A DNA stretch of 64,000 bases from positions 4,480,001 through 4,544,000 of the forward strand of contig OZ244587.1 of assembly GCA_965218095.1 (NCBI GenBank). Reading direction: 5' to 3'. The stretch's first letter is position 1; every line of letters begins with the position of its first letter. Shown piece after piece: positions 1-10,907 of this stretch. The stretch comes from Candidatus Poribacteria bacterium. GTDB taxonomy: Bacteria; Poribacteria; WGA-4E; PCPOR2b. Under the pieces are notes generated by a model. That model saw only the letters and a list, made by a program, of their open reading frames with translations. It had not been told where the DNA came from and did no database searches. A program made the position numbers and the translations under genes.

Positions 1-2
1 GC

Positions 3-539
3 GGCACGCACCGTGTTCAACGTGTCCCTACGACGGAAGCAAGTGGTCGGATTCACACATCGGCGGTAACCGTCGCCGTGTTGCCGGAAGCGGAGGAGGT
101 TGACCTCCGGATCGATCCGGAAGATTTGCGCATCGAAGTGTTTCGTTCATCGGGGCCAGGCGGTCAGAGTGTCAACACAACCGATTCGGCTGTCCGAATC
201 ACGTACATCCCCACGGAGCTCGCGGTATCCTGCCAGGATGAAAAATCTCAGCATAAAAATAGAGCCAAGGCAATGAAGATTCTACGTTCCCGTTTGCTTG
301 AACAGATGCAAGCTGAACAGGATGCTGAACGTGCTCAAACGCGCAGAACCATGATCGGCAGCGGGGATCGAAGCGAAAAGATTCGCACGTATAACTTCTC
401 CCAAAATCGGGTGACAGATCATCGTATTGGTTTGAGCGTTTATCAACTGGATGTGGTCTTAAATGGAGACCTTGATACTTTTATCGCTGCCTTGATAGAT
501 GCCGATCAGGCTGAGAAATTAAAGAACTTATTGTCGTGA
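3..539 (+). CDS. prfA: Peptide chain release factor 1, 5'-truncated by window edge
   Basis: Frame reads [20 protein letters not shown] (PxT motif of RF1) and [10 protein letters not shown] (GGQ); followed by prmC. Confidence 0.95.
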   Translation, partial: GTHRVQRVPTTEASGRIHTSAVTVAVLPEAEEVDLRIDPEDLRIEVFRSSGPGGQSVNTTDSAVRITYIPTELAVSCQDEKSQHKNRAKAMKILRSRLLEQMQAEQDAERAQTRRTMIGSGDRSEKIRTYNFSQNRVTDHRIGLSVYQLDVVLNGDLDTFIAALIDADQAEKLKNLLS

Positions 540-1393
540 AAACCTGGCGCGTGATTGATCTCATCGAATGGACAACCAAATACTTTGAACGCCACGAAGT
601 CCCTACCCCGCGCTTAGATGCGGAATTGTTGCTTGGGCGCCTCCTGCAAAAGAGCCGGTTACAACTCTATCTCTCCTTTGAGATGCCTGTTTTCCAAGAT
701 GCACTCTCAAGGTTTCGGGAGTTAATCAAAAAGCGGGCAGCACACACACCTGTGAGTTACCTCACAAACCATAAGGAGTTTATGTCGCTGGACTTCTATG
801 TTGATCAGCGCGTGCTGATTCCGCGTCCGGAGACAGAAATCTTGGTTGAGACGCTTTTACAGCGGGAGAAGGATAAATGCCGATTCGTTGATATCGGTAC
901 CGGCTGTGGCGCAATCGCGATTAGTCTTGCTTCTAGACGACTCGATTGGGAAATCATTGCAACAGACCTCTCGGCGGACGCCCTTGCAATCGCCTACCAG
1001 AATGCCGCCGCCCATGACTGTGCGGATCGGTTCACCTTTTTGTGTGGCGATCTCTTTGAACCGCTGGGTGGACTATCCAACCCCTGCTATGACTGGATTG
1101 TGTCTAACCCCCCGTACGTCAGCACAGAAGATGCGTCAACCCTATCGCCCGATGTCCGGGAGCATGAACCAGAAATCGCGCTCTTTGCTGGATCTGATGG
1201 GCTCAGCATCATTCGGCGTATCGTGGCAGATGCACCACAGTTTTTGAATTCGCAAGGAAAGCTAATCCTGGAAATTGGCTACAACCAGAGTCGTGCTGTC
1301 CAAAAGCTTATCAGATCGCAGCCAATCTATAAGCATTGTGAAATCATCAAGGATTATTCTGGTATTGAGCGTGTGATTCTTGCCAGTGTTTAG
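536..1393 (+). CDS. prmC: Release factor glutamine methyltransferase (HemK)
   Basis: [16 protein letters not shown] and NPPY motifs; overlaps prfA stop. Confidence 0.95.
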   Translation: MKTWRVIDLIEWTTKYFERHEVPTPRLDAELLLGRLLQKSRLQLYLSFEMPVFQDALSRFRELIKKRAAHTPVSYLTNHKEFMSLDFYVDQRVLIPRPETEILVETLLQREKDKCRFVDIGTGCGAIAISLASRRLDWEIIATDLSADALAIAYQNAAAHDCADRFTFLCGDLFEPLGGLSNPCYDWIVSNPPYVSTEDASTLSPDVREHEPEIALFAGSDGLSIIRRIVADAPQFLNSQGKLILEIGYNQSRAVQKLIRSQPIYKHCEIIKDYSGIERVILASV

Positions 1394-1396
1394 TTT

Positions 1397-2269
1397 ATGT
1401 CCACTCCCCCAGGCCACATTATCACTAGCATCAACAACCAGCGGATTGTCGACGCCCGCAAACTTCAGACGCAGAAGCACCGTCAGCGGCAAGGATGCTT
1501 CTTAGTCGAAGGCTTTGAGATCCTGCATTTGGCACTGGATGCAGGCCTACAACCGGTTGAAGCCTTCTACTGTGAGCAACAATGCAGGGAGACGGCGACA
1601 CAGCAACTCCTTAATCGCTTTCGAGAAGCCGACGCGACGCTTGTCGCTGTATCGCCTCAAGTGTTGCACTCACTCTCGGCGGCTGCTGGCAATGTCTACG
1701 CCGATCATCGTAAGGCGTCACCCCACGTCATACAGACGCATATCGTGGCGACTTTTTCCCTATTCGAGACATCGTTCCAGGACATCAATCTGGCCGGCGA
1801 TGAGCTTGTTCTCGTTCTGGACCAGACGCAAACGCCCGGCAATTTGGGAATGATTCTCCGTACCGCGGATGCCGTCGGTGTTGCAGCTATCTTTCTGATT
1901 CCCCCCTGTGTGGATATCTTCCACCCCAAGTCTGTGAGAGGCAGCCATGGATCGCTGTTCAGTGTACCGCTTGTACAGACAGTGGACATTCCAGGGGTCT
2001 TTGGGTGGCTACGTGAAAGAGGTTTCAGAACGATGGGGACACATCCGCATCTCGGAAAACTCTGGAATCAGCAGATCTGGAAGGGTAAGGTTGCCCTGGT
2101 CTTGGGCCATGACGTGCGAGGGATATCGGACGCGGTGCGTGCGGAAGTGGAAGACTGGGCCCGATTGCCCATGATGGGCAAAGTGGAATCACTCAACGTG
2201 GCGGTGGCTGGTAGTGTGTTAATCTATGAGTGGTTTCGGGTAAACCGGCTTGATAACGTGAGCCTATGA
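1397..2269 (+). CDS. TrmH/SpoU family RNA methyltransferase
   Basis: PGNLGMILRTADAVG and ESLNVAVAG SPOUT motifs. Confidence 0.9.
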   Translation: MSTPPGHIITSINNQRIVDARKLQTQKHRQRQGCFLVEGFEILHLALDAGLQPVEAFYCEQQCRETATQQLLNRFREADATLVAVSPQVLHSLSAAAGNVYADHRKASPHVIQTHIVATFSLFETSFQDINLAGDELVLVLDQTQTPGNLGMILRTADAVGVAAIFLIPPCVDIFHPKSVRGSHGSLFSVPLVQTVDIPGVFGWLRERGFRTMGTHPHLGKLWNQQIWKGKVALVLGHDVRGISDAVRAEVEDWARLPMMGKVESLNVAVAGSVLIYEWFRVNRLDNVSL

Positions 2270-2427
2270 ATGGAATGGTGTGCTATCACTAAATTGTTGA
2301 ATTAACCTGACCCCGATCAATCAACACAAGTACTGTATAAGCCATACTGAAGGAATCAGTTGGGCAGCGCTGTGGACAAAGCTATTTCCCCTTTTACCCA
2401 GACACCAGACCACCGGAGACCAGCAAA

Positions 2428-3732
2428 TTAAGCAAACAACTCTTCGATAACGCTGCCGTTGTTAACCACCCGAATCGGTCGTCCGCCTCTGGAATAATTC
2501 TGGTTGTTGTAATCAATGCCGAGCGAAAGGCAGAGCGACGCAAAAAGATCAGGGGCGGAAACAGGCCGATCCACAACCTCCATTCCATCCGCATCGGTGG
2601 ATCCAATCACCTGTCCACCGCGAACCCCGCCCCCTGCGAGTACAACCGACCAACCATTGGGGAAGTGGTCTCGTCCGTCATTCTCGTTGATTTTGGGAGT
2701 CCGCCCAAACTCACCGAGCCATAGAACGATAGTTTCATTGAGCAGGTCCCGATCGGCGAGGTCTTTCACGAGCATCGCGAAGGCAGGGTCAAGCGTTTCG
2801 AGCAAGAGTTTGGTCCGCTCGAAGTTATTTGTATGGGTATCCCAACCATCGAGCGAAACTTCGACAAATTTCGTGCCAGCTTCAACCAACCGTCGTGCCA
2901 TCAAGCAGCCATCTCCGAATCGATTCATGCCGTAGGCTTCTCTCACGGCTATCGGCTCCTGTGAGAGATCGAACGCCTTCACGTGCGGGGAATTAATCAG
3001 CTTGTCCGCTTTCTTGTAGATAGCTTGATGCGCTTCTGTACTCCGATTTGCACGCTTTTTGAGGAAATCTTTTTCCAGATCTGTCAGCATCCGGAGCCTT
3101 TGCTCAAATCGATGTGCATCCATCTGCGGGGGATATTTGAGATCCTCAATTGGTTTCATCGGATCGCTGACAACAAAGGGATCGTGCTCAGCACTGAGAA
3201 ACCCGCTCGAAAAAGCTGGTGCGTTGATGTTGACGCAGTTGGGCAGTTCAAAATCTTCGTCGTTCAGATAGTGCGAGGCGATTGAGCCGAAGGTCGGGTG
3301 CTTCACAGAGCCGGTTGGCGCGTAGCCGGTGTGGAGCAGATAGCGCGCCCGTTGGTGATTTCCCTCACGCGAAACCATCGACCGAATGATCGACAGATGG
3401 TGCGCTTGTTCTGCCAGTAGAGGCAGGTGCTCGGAAAACTGGATGCCTTCCGCGCTTGTCGGAATCGCTGCGAAGGGGCCGGCGTTAAGCGTACCCGGCT
3501 TCGGATCAAAGGTATCCAATTGGCTCGCGCCACCGTTCATGAATAGGACGATGCAATGTTTGGCACGAGCCTTGATTCCATCCATCAGCGTCAACGCTGA
3601 TAATTGCAGATGCTGCATCGCTATGAGTCCTAAAAAACTGCTCACCCCAAACTTGAGAAAATCACGTCTTGAAACATCTTTCTGCCGGGAATCGAGCGTT
3701 TCACTTTCAGGTATTCCAACTTGTGTTTTCAT
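2428..3732 (-). CDS. DUF1501 family protein with Tat-like signal
   Basis: SRRDFLK, GGASQLDTFDPKP, GWDTH, GEFGRTP and GRDHFP motifs. Confidence 0.9.
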   Translation of the reverse strand: MKTQVGIPESETLDSRQKDVSRRDFLKFGVSSFLGLIAMQHLQLSALTLMDGIKARAKHCIVLFMNGGASQLDTFDPKPGTLNAGPFAAIPTSAEGIQFSEHLPLLAEQAHHLSIIRSMVSREGNHQRARYLLHTGYAPTGSVKHPTFGSIASHYLNDEDFELPNCVNINAPAFSSGFLSAEHDPFVVSDPMKPIEDLKYPPQMDAHRFEQRLRMLTDLEKDFLKKRANRSTEAHQAIYKKADKLINSPHVKAFDLSQEPIAVREAYGMNRFGDGCLMARRLVEAGTKFVEVSLDGWDTHTNNFERTKLLLETLDPAFAMLVKDLADRDLLNETIVLWLGEFGRTPKINENDGRDHFPNGWSVVLAGGGVRGGQVIGSTDADGMEVVDRPVSAPDLFASLCLSLGIDYNNQNYSRGGRPIRVVNNGSVIEELFA

Positions 3733-3751
3733 CGCAATCCTTCTCCTTTTT

Positions 3752-4051
3752 CTATCTCTTGATAAACTGAGTGATAATAATGACGAGGATACCGATCCAG
3801 ACCGGCACCATCATACCGACCATCCACTTAAAAATATCCGTAATCCGTCTTTCGACTCGTGTTTCCAGTGCACTCATCCGGGGATCAATTCGTGTTTCAA
3901 GCATACTCATCCGTGTTTCGAGCGTGCTGATACATCCCTTCAATGAACCGAGACGCTCGTTTATCTGGTTCAACTCACCACGCATCTGGCTAAGCTCTCG
4001 ATTAACATCCTTGGAGAGTTGTACCACCAGATCAGTAAGGTGCTGAACCAT
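3752..4051 (-). CDS. Small coiled-coil protein with C-terminal transmembrane helix
   Basis: Heptad repeats LETRMSM/LETRI/LETRV, then hydrophobic WMVGMMVPVWIGILVIII; start uncertain. Confidence 0.6.
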   Translation of the reverse strand: MVQHLTDLVVQLSKDVNRELSQMRGELNQINERLGSLKGCISTLETRMSMLETRIDPRMSALETRVERRITDIFKWMVGMMVPVWIGILVIIITQFIKR

Positions 4052-4152
4052 ATTCTTCAGTTCGGTTGTTTCCGGATTGACTTCTATGATAGATGATTCT
4101 ACTTTTGCCTTTATTTCGTTGATTAAGCGGATTGATGTGTCACATTACACGT

Positions 4153-5775
4153 CTAATGATTCAACGCAAACTCAGCGGAATTGAGTAGTGCCCAGTAGAG
4201 ATCTTCGTACGCGAGTGCATCGTTGCGATAGAGACTTGACCGCAGGTATCGATCAAAATAGGTCCTTTCTGCGGTCCGGGGGTAGCGCGAAAGGATGGTG
4301 AGGTAGATCTGATCGAGTCGAGCCCGTTTGGTGCGCTGCGTTTTGAGGATATGGTGGAGGAGCCCGCCCCGCGCTTTGTGGTATCCACTGTCGTTGACCA
4401 GTGATCCATTAATCATCATTAAGGCTTGTGGCACCGTGCCGTTAAACGCTTCGATTTCCTCCATTTCGCCGTTATCAATCAGGAAAAGAAATCGTTCCAA
4501 ATAGCGGCGTTTCATACTTTCCAGTTGGCCACGATCTCGCCGTTTTTGAAGTCGTTCAAAGCCGGTTGATTCTAACATTGAATAGAAGAACTGTTCCGCG
4601 GTCAACGGTTTAACGTAGGCATGCGAATAATAGTGGTCGTCATATTGATTGCTTTTGTTCGTCTCAGAGGTGCGTTGGTAGGCCTTGGTGTTGAGGATGA
4701 TTCGCATCAAGTATCGAAGATCATATCCATGAATCATAAAATCCTCCGCCAACCAGTCGAGCAATTCAGGATGTGAGGGTGGGTATTCTTCCCCGAATCC
4801 GTCTAGCGGCTCTACAAATCCTGTCCCCATGAAGTGCGCCCAGATTCGGTTGACAATGGCGTGGCAGAAATACGGATTATCCTTTGCGGTCATCCACTCA
4901 CTCAAGGCGTACCGCTGTTTAGTGGGTTGTGTCGTGCACTGTTTGCCATTGAGGAAACTCGGTGGGATGCGTTCATGAGTTTCCGGGATATAGACCGAAC
5001 CCTTGGAAACATTTTTTAAGATGCGTTCCACGACACGCTCTCCGCCATCCTCGTCCTTTTCGTAGATCTCTTCAAGGCGGATGTTGGCAAAAAACGCCGC
5101 CAACCCGTAGAAGTCCTCTTGATACCATACTTCAGTTTTGTGGTCGTGACATTGGGCGCACTGCATCGGCAACCCAAGAAACAACCGGGAGGTGTAAGCG
5201 GCGAGATCAACCGGCGAGAGATCATAGCGTAGCAGATAGTTCCCTGCGCCATTTTCCTCCATACTGCCTTCTGCTGTGATCAGGGCTGTGACAAATTGGT
5301 TATAAGGCATGTTTTGCGCGAGGCTCTCGTGTATCCACCGTTCCAATCCCGCGCGTTGCTCCCTGTCAGTATCGTCTCGGCCAATGAGCCAATTTGCCCA
5401 AAGCCGCGTCCAGTAGTCGAGGTAAAGTTCGCTGCCAATCAGTTCATCAATCTTTTTTTCACGTTTATCCTTAGACCCATCTTCGAGGAAACTGACAACC
5501 GTTTCAACAGTGGGAATTTTTCCGGTCAGATCCAGATGCACGCGCCGCAGAAATTCGGCGTCACTTGATTTCCTGGAGGGTTTAATGTCTTGTTCTTTTA
5601 ACTTAGCATCAATGTGTCGATCCAGATGTTTCGTACTAGACCATATACGTCCCTCAACGCTTGCGTTGAAGGTGAGCAGCGTCACTGCATAAACGATGAT
5701 TGATAAAACGACCGATAACTGAACCGATGACTCACGTAAGATTTTCACTGTCCCTAACACTCCTTCCTCATACAC
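4153..5775 (-). CDS. DUF1549/DUF1553 (PSCyt2/PSD1) domain protein
   Basis: EFLRRVHLDLTGKIP, CAQCHDH, NRIWAHFMG, PSHPELLDWLA and C-terminal EFALNH; paired with DUF1501. Confidence 0.9.
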   Translation of the reverse strand: MYEEGVLGTVKILRESSVQLSVVLSIIVYAVTLLTFNASVEGRIWSSTKHLDRHIDAKLKEQDIKPSRKSSDAEFLRRVHLDLTGKIPTVETVVSFLEDGSKDKREKKIDELIGSELYLDYWTRLWANWLIGRDDTDREQRAGLERWIHESLAQNMPYNQFVTALITAEGSMEENGAGNYLLRYDLSPVDLAAYTSRLFLGLPMQCAQCHDHKTEVWYQEDFYGLAAFFANIRLEEIYEKDEDGGERVVERILKNVSKGSVYIPETHERIPPSFLNGKQCTTQPTKQRYALSEWMTAKDNPYFCHAIVNRIWAHFMGTGFVEPLDGFGEEYPPSHPELLDWLAEDFMIHGYDLRYLMRIILNTKAYQRTSETNKSNQYDDHYYSHAYVKPLTAEQFFYSMLESTGFERLQKRRDRGQLESMKRRYLERFLFLIDNGEMEEIEAFNGTVPQALMMINGSLVNDSGYHKARGGLLHHILKTQRTKRARLDQIYLTILSRYPRTAERTYFDRYLRSSLYRNDALAYEDLYWALLNSAEFALNH

Positions 5776-5882
5776 AAGATCGGTTTGCCCATAGTTTTGC
5801 GGGGATAGGCCTTGCCGTCAGTTGAATTTGATTTTAGCACATCACGGCGAAGATGTCAAATGGAAACGATCTTTGACACTCC

Positions 5883-6987
5883 CTACCTGAACCAATCATA
5901 ATAGAGTCCAAGCGAACGGTCTTTGAGCGGCAGGTCGACACGTACGCCTCCCCGCGCCGAGGACTGCTTGAGCGCGATCTCAACTTCAAGCGCCACGATG
6001 ACCCTTCTGCCTGAATTCTTGGGCTCATCCAACCTCCCTTCCAGGCAGTCAATGATGTCTGCTAGCCCGTAGACGGCGTTGTACCCACCGACAAGCTGAG
6101 GCTCTGGCCACGGCATCTCTACACGCTGTCTGCCATTGAGGGTGTCAATGTCCTGCCACAGCCTCCAGCCGCCCGGATGCCCCTGGTGAAGTTGTATCTC
6201 GCCGGCGGCGCCGGTCACGCGGACGAGTGCCCCTCCCTTTCTGAAATGGACGAACTGGTCATCTACGGTGACCATGATTCCTTGCCCGGTGAACTCATTG
6301 CTACCCGACTCGCGTCGCTCCCGGTCACCGACGCCGATAACCCACGTAGGCATACCGTCAACAAAGTAAGACCAGTACTGTTTCTGTGCCATTGGCGCGT
6401 CAGCCTCAATGGAGAGGATTTCACCGATCGCTCCACTTTTGACCAGTTCCTTCGCTTTGGCATAGGCGGGATGATTCACCGGGATGGCACCACAGCAAAG
6501 CGGCACACCTGCATCAGCACATGCTTTGACCATCCGGTTGGCTTCCTCAAGCGTGTGCGCCATTGGCTTTTCCGTCGCGATGCCTTTCACGCCACACTCG
6601 ACAGCCAAGCAGGTTAAGTCAGCGCGGCCCTTGGTGTTGGTGGCGATAGCAACAACGTCGAGTTTTTCCGCACGCAACATCTCCTCGGCGTTGGTGTAAA
6701 GTGCTTTGTTGCCGTAGCGTTCTCCAAATGCCTTCAGCCGCTTTTGGTCGCGGTCTGCCCCAGCGATTAAGTCAACCTCTGGCCGGTCCCACATGACTTC
6801 AGCCCAGCTATGAGGCACACTCTCGTTGCTGTGATGCTCATGGAAGTGGAATTTGCGGTGAACATCCAGTTCAGGCGTGGGACGATCGACATCATCAACG
6901 TTGTACGGATCCCAGATACGCGGGGCGAGGTCAGAGAGCATTCCCATCCATCCCAGTCCGATGACTCCGGCACGATACTTCCTCACG
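5883..6987 (-). CDS. Gfo/Idh/MocA family oxidoreductase
   Basis: GVIGLGWMG and ATEKPMA motifs; start taken at GTG after GAGGAG rather than the ORF-track start 7115. Confidence 0.8.
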
Positions 6988-7044
6988 TCTCCCTCCTCTG
7001 CATTGAAACGTTCTCTTGAATCTTCAATCTTCAATTTACGATCT

Positions 7045-8001
7045 TCAATCCCTCTGGGTTTGCCTCTTGAAGGACTCATACAGATCTGCCACCCCCGCCT
7101 CGCGCGCGTCTCCATCGTGGGCTACAATCCGTATCGCCACGTCCACCATGTCGCCTCGATTCAAGTTCCTTGCGTCTAGGCGGAACGGGTTTATCCGAAT
7201 CGAACCGTAGTTGATCACATACCATGGCACATTGCCAAGAGAGGGGAATTGGAATAGCGCAATGCCGGCACGGCGTCCAGCCGTGTCTTTCCCCGAGAAG
7301 TCGATCCAGTCTGCGAGTTGCCAGCAAATCTGTTCTTGGCCAGTCCGATCATCCGAGGCAGTGAGTGTGCCTCCAATTTTGTTGCCCTGTGGGTCCATGA
7401 CGCGCAAATGGTCTGCCACACGAATCGTGAAATAGGCATGACGACAGGGCCCGATACGAACGTCCCAGTAGGTCGGTCGGAGTCGAGACCGAACATCAAT
7501 GATATTGGCAACATCGCCGGGGTAAATATCAATGGTACGCATTTCGTCGATCAAGATTCGACGGTAGGGGGGCTCTCCCCATTCTTCTGGGCTTTGCCAC
7601 CGAAGTCTCTGGGTAATCTGAAGGTGGTTCTCAGCAAGCTCTGTGATCTCATTGTCCGCGACAGATACAATGCGACCGGCGTTACGTCCCTGAAACTTCC
7701 AGTCCCAATAGAAATTAAGAGGAGGCTCTTCAATTTTGCCAGTTGGAGACTGCTGGTATGTGAAAAAGTAGTCAGTCCCAATGGTGACCGATTGGTGCCA
7801 TGGATGGTCACTGACAGATCGCTCGGTGGTCACAGCTACCCCCGCGGGGGTCAACACCGGGTAGACGTAGGAACGGTATGCCGACTGGCTCAAGCCAGTG
7901 ATGGCTCTCCCCTTCCAGTTTACCTTTAAGAGCCGGGTTGACTCCGCTTCAGCATCCGAGGGGATGTCCATTCCTTCGCTCTCGACTGAAAAGTGCCGCA
8001 T
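7045..8001 (-). CDS. DUF6807 ('PmoA-family') beta-rich protein, probably carbohydrate related
   Basis: YVYPVLTPAGVAVT...DHPWH and W-x-D-F-S-G motifs; linked to an oxidoreductase. Confidence 0.6.
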   Translation of the reverse strand: MRHFSVESEGMDIPSDAEAESTRLLKVNWKGRAITGLSQSAYRSYVYPVLTPAGVAVTTERSVSDHPWHQSVTIGTDYFFTYQQSPTGKIEEPPLNFYWDWKFQGRNAGRIVSVADNEITELAENHLQITQRLRWQSPEEWGEPPYRRILIDEMRTIDIYPGDVANIIDVRSRLRPTYWDVRIGPCRHAYFTIRVADHLRVMDPQGNKIGGTLTASDDRTGQEQICWQLADWIDFSGKDTAGRRAGIALFQFPSLGNVPWYVINYGSIRINPFRLDARNLNRGDMVDVAIRIVAHDGDAREAGVADLYESFKRQTQRD

Positions 8002-8187
8002 ATAGTTCCCTCCTGAGATTTTTCAAACGTATCACGGGTTCATTGCAGAAGCGCATGTGATGCGCTGATGCAGGAGTCAAAAAAATCGTCAGGATTATAG
8101 CAGGACTTCATCAAGAATACAACTTAAAAGCACCGAAGTAGGGTCATTTAGTTTTCGAGATTTTCTGTGAGTTGATTGGAGAATTAA

Positions 8188-9296
8188 ATGAGGGGTGCTC
8201 ATAAGTAGACTTGAGTCAGGATAACGGTTATAATCTAATCTAACGTGCAAGAAAGAGAGGATTATAACATGGGTTATCCTGACAGTACGTATTATATCAC
8301 ATTTTTGTTTGAACAACTTGACCATTTCAACGCTTCCAGCCATGCACCGCCACCTGAGAGCCATGGACGTCCGAAATCGTATACAGACGACTGCTTGATT
8401 GTCCTTTTTGCCATCTTAACGCTCAAAGGCCTCCATCGCTTTAAGGCACAACACAGATGGCTCAAGCTACACCCGCAGTGGCTGTGTCGTCTTAAACTGG
8501 CATGTGTTCCGTCTCGGGCAACCCTTTGCCGACGCTACAAACAACTCGCTTACCAGCTAGAGGCGTTCATCGGGTATCTCGGTGATGTGGGAATGACTTT
8601 GATACCTGACTCACCTCCAGAGGTGGTTTACCAAGACAAAAGTCTGTTTAAGGCAAAAGGAAGCGTCTGGCATCAGAAGGATAGAAATGCCAATCGCATC
8701 CCAACTGGCATCCGTGCCATTGACACAGACGCCAGTTGGTCAAAGAGTCACTATCACGGTTGGGTTTACGGCTATGGGCTTCATCTGACCGTCTCTATAG
8801 AGGGATTGCCTCGTATGAGTGCCATTGACACCGCGTGTGTGAGTGAAAAAGCCGTCCTTGACCGACAACTCGACACACTGCTTGAACAGAACATCGGGTA
8901 TTTAGTCGCTGATGCCGGCTATACCGACTTGAAACGTACCCAACACTTGGCGAACCAGGGACTGTTGCTAATCACTCCCGTCAGAGGCGCAAAGAGTCAG
9001 CGGGCACGGCGTTATGTTGAAGCGGTGAATCAATCGGCGCAGTTGCAGACCTATCAACACAAGCGCAAGGTTGCTATTGAACCTATCTTTGGATTGTTGA
9101 GCCAATTACTATCGACCCATACCAATCATAAGCAATTGCCGGTGAGTCGAAAAGCGAATGTCTCTACCTTTTTGATGCTGGGGGTGGTTTTACTGCAACT
9201 GGCTATGTTAGTCAATTCTATTTGGGGAAGACCCCTGAGAAATGTAACACATCTGATTACACTCTTTCGATAAGGGGACTTATGAGCCCCCCTCAC
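8188..9296 (+). mobile_element. IS element with DDE_Tnp_1-type transposase (IS4/IS5/IS982-like)
   Basis: TIRs ATGAGGGGTGCTCATAAGT and ACTTATGAGCCCCCCTCAC; flanked by TTAA on both sides. Confidence 0.85.
8245..9273 (+). CDS. DDE transposase
   Basis: DKSLFKA, GWVYGYGLH, ADAGY and RKVAIEPIF motifs; homologous to 36428..37438. Confidence 0.9.
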   Translation: MQEREDYNMGYPDSTYYITFLFEQLDHFNASSHAPPPESHGRPKSYTDDCLIVLFAILTLKGLHRFKAQHRWLKLHPQWLCRLKLACVPSRATLCRRYKQLAYQLEAFIGYLGDVGMTLIPDSPPEVVYQDKSLFKAKGSVWHQKDRNANRIPTGIRAIDTDASWSKSHYHGWVYGYGLHLTVSIEGLPRMSAIDTACVSEKAVLDRQLDTLLEQNIGYLVADAGYTDLKRTQHLANQGLLLITPVRGAKSQRARRYVEAVNQSAQLQTYQHKRKVAIEPIFGLLSQLLSTHTNHKQLPVSRKANVSTFLMLGVVLLQLAMLVNSIWGRPLRNVTHLITLFR

Positions 9297-9300
9297 TTAA

Positions 9301-9548
9301 CTGAGGGGGGCTCATAAATAGATCCTGAATGGGTAGGGGTTAGGTTTCCCAACCCGTCGGGCGAGGGAACCTCGCCCCTACGATTGATCAAGGCGATTGG
9401 GAAAAGGGAAAAATCACCGCTTCCTATACCCGGTGCCACAACGCCTTGGGTGCAGGATAATCAATTGTCATCTGAACATGTGCTATATCTTGTTAATCCG
9501 AAAATCCTCTCAATCCTGATTCAGACAATAATTATGTTCCACCCTCAC
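9301..9548. mobile_element. MITE sharing ends with the adjacent IS; contains a GTAG-type REP
   Basis: CTGAGGGGGGCTCATAA ... TTATGTTCCACCCTCAC, TTAA-flanked, no transposase. Confidence 0.7.
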
Positions 9549-9716
9549 TTAACTGCGGTGTTACCCCGGTTTCTGCTGTTTGGCTTTCCATATTAGAAAT
9601 TCGAGGTAATCTTTCAGTTGTTCTGCCTCTCGGTCTTGTTTAAAATCGGGAAAATGAGTTAAAACATTGTGGACATCGCGATTCCAAATCTTTCAAGCCA
9701 GATGTACATTAGACTG

Positions 9717-9818
9717 ATACCGTGTACTGCCATCGGATTCTCCTTTCAATCTGACTGTCATTGTATCACAATCTTGGTTTAGACAATGGGCTAAATTTCC
9801 GATGGCAGTACACGGTAT
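9717..9818. repeat. IS3 left-end fragment with 21-bp perfect inverted repeat
   Basis: 9728-9812 nearly identical to 21186-21270; arms ATACCGTGTACTGCCATCGGA and TCCGATGGCAGTACACGGTAT. Confidence 0.8.
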
Positions 9819-9824
9819 TATATA

Positions 9825-10864
9825 TAGGAGTTACGCACTTGGACAGAAAATAGATTATAATAAAGGCTATGAATCGACCCCAATGCAATGAATATGACTA
9901 TATCAACTTTCTAATTGCGACTCCCAGATACTACAGTTGTACCGAGGCTGCCAGAGTCCAACCTCAACAGAACACCCCGGCAGCGCATGACTCGCTGAAT
10001 CGATTCCTCTATCGGCTTACACCCAATCCACAACAATTGTGGCAAGAGTCACAGGCTTATGTCACCCAAGACCGGGGGGTTTTGGTCATAGACGACTCAA
10101 CCCTTGACAAACCCTATGCACAAAAAATAGAGCGGGTGACCTACCATTGGTCAGGCAAACACAAAAAAGTGGTCTCAGGGATTAACCTCATTACTCTGAT
10201 GTGGACTGATGGCGACAGTTACATTCCCTGCGATTACCGCCTCTATAATAAACGCAATGATAGCTTGACCAAAAATAATCACTTTCAAGCTCTAATCTCC
10301 AATGCTCATGCGAGAGGCTTTTCTCCGGAGTGTGTGGTCTTTGACAGTTGGTACAGCAGTTTGAAGAATCTTTTGACGATTCGGAACTATCGATGGCATT
10401 GGCTCACCCAATTGAAGTCCAATCGACGGGTCAAACTAGATAACCGGGGCAATCAGCGGGTCTGCGAACTGGCTATTAGTGAGAGAGGAAGCATCGTTCA
10501 TCTAAAGGGATATGGATTGATTAAGGTTTTCAAGATAGTTTCCCCACACGGTGACATTGAATACTGGGCAACGAGCGACGCACTGTTTCGACTCAAGTAT
10601 GACGAATGACGAACTGTTTTGGGCGATTGAACAATACCATCAAGGCATCAAGAATTTGTCGGTGTTGAGAGGTGCATGGTTCGCAAGGAAGTTGCGCAAC
10701 GCCATCATATTGGGCTGGCATTGCGAGCGTTTCTACGCCTAGAGCGGCACTGTTTTTCGACCGGCATCAGTTGGTTTGAAGCGAAAGTCTCGTTTATCAG
10801 AGAAGCGGTTCGTGCCTATCTGGCTCAACCGCTTTACACTTTAACACCAACTGCGTAACTCCTA
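9825..10864 (+). mobile_element. IS701-family element with frameshifted transposase (9869..10858)
   Basis: TIRs TAGGAGTTACGCA and TGCGTAACTCCTA; LVIDDSTLDKPY, VFDSWY and WAIEQYH motifs split over several frames. Confidence 0.85.
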
Positions 10865-10873
10865 ATATAAATA

Positions 10874-10902
10874 TTGACTCGTCCGTGAACCAATAATATA
10901 CT
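10874..10902 (+). promoter_or_regulatory. Sigma70-type promoter driving an ORF-less region
   Basis: TTGACT-17 bp-TATACT. Confidence 0.6.
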
Positions 10903-10907
10903 GTCAA

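Noticed and set aside
7045-8001. Methane monooxygenase subunit
   Set aside because: No TM helices and no pmoB/pmoC; the 'PmoA' family label is misleading
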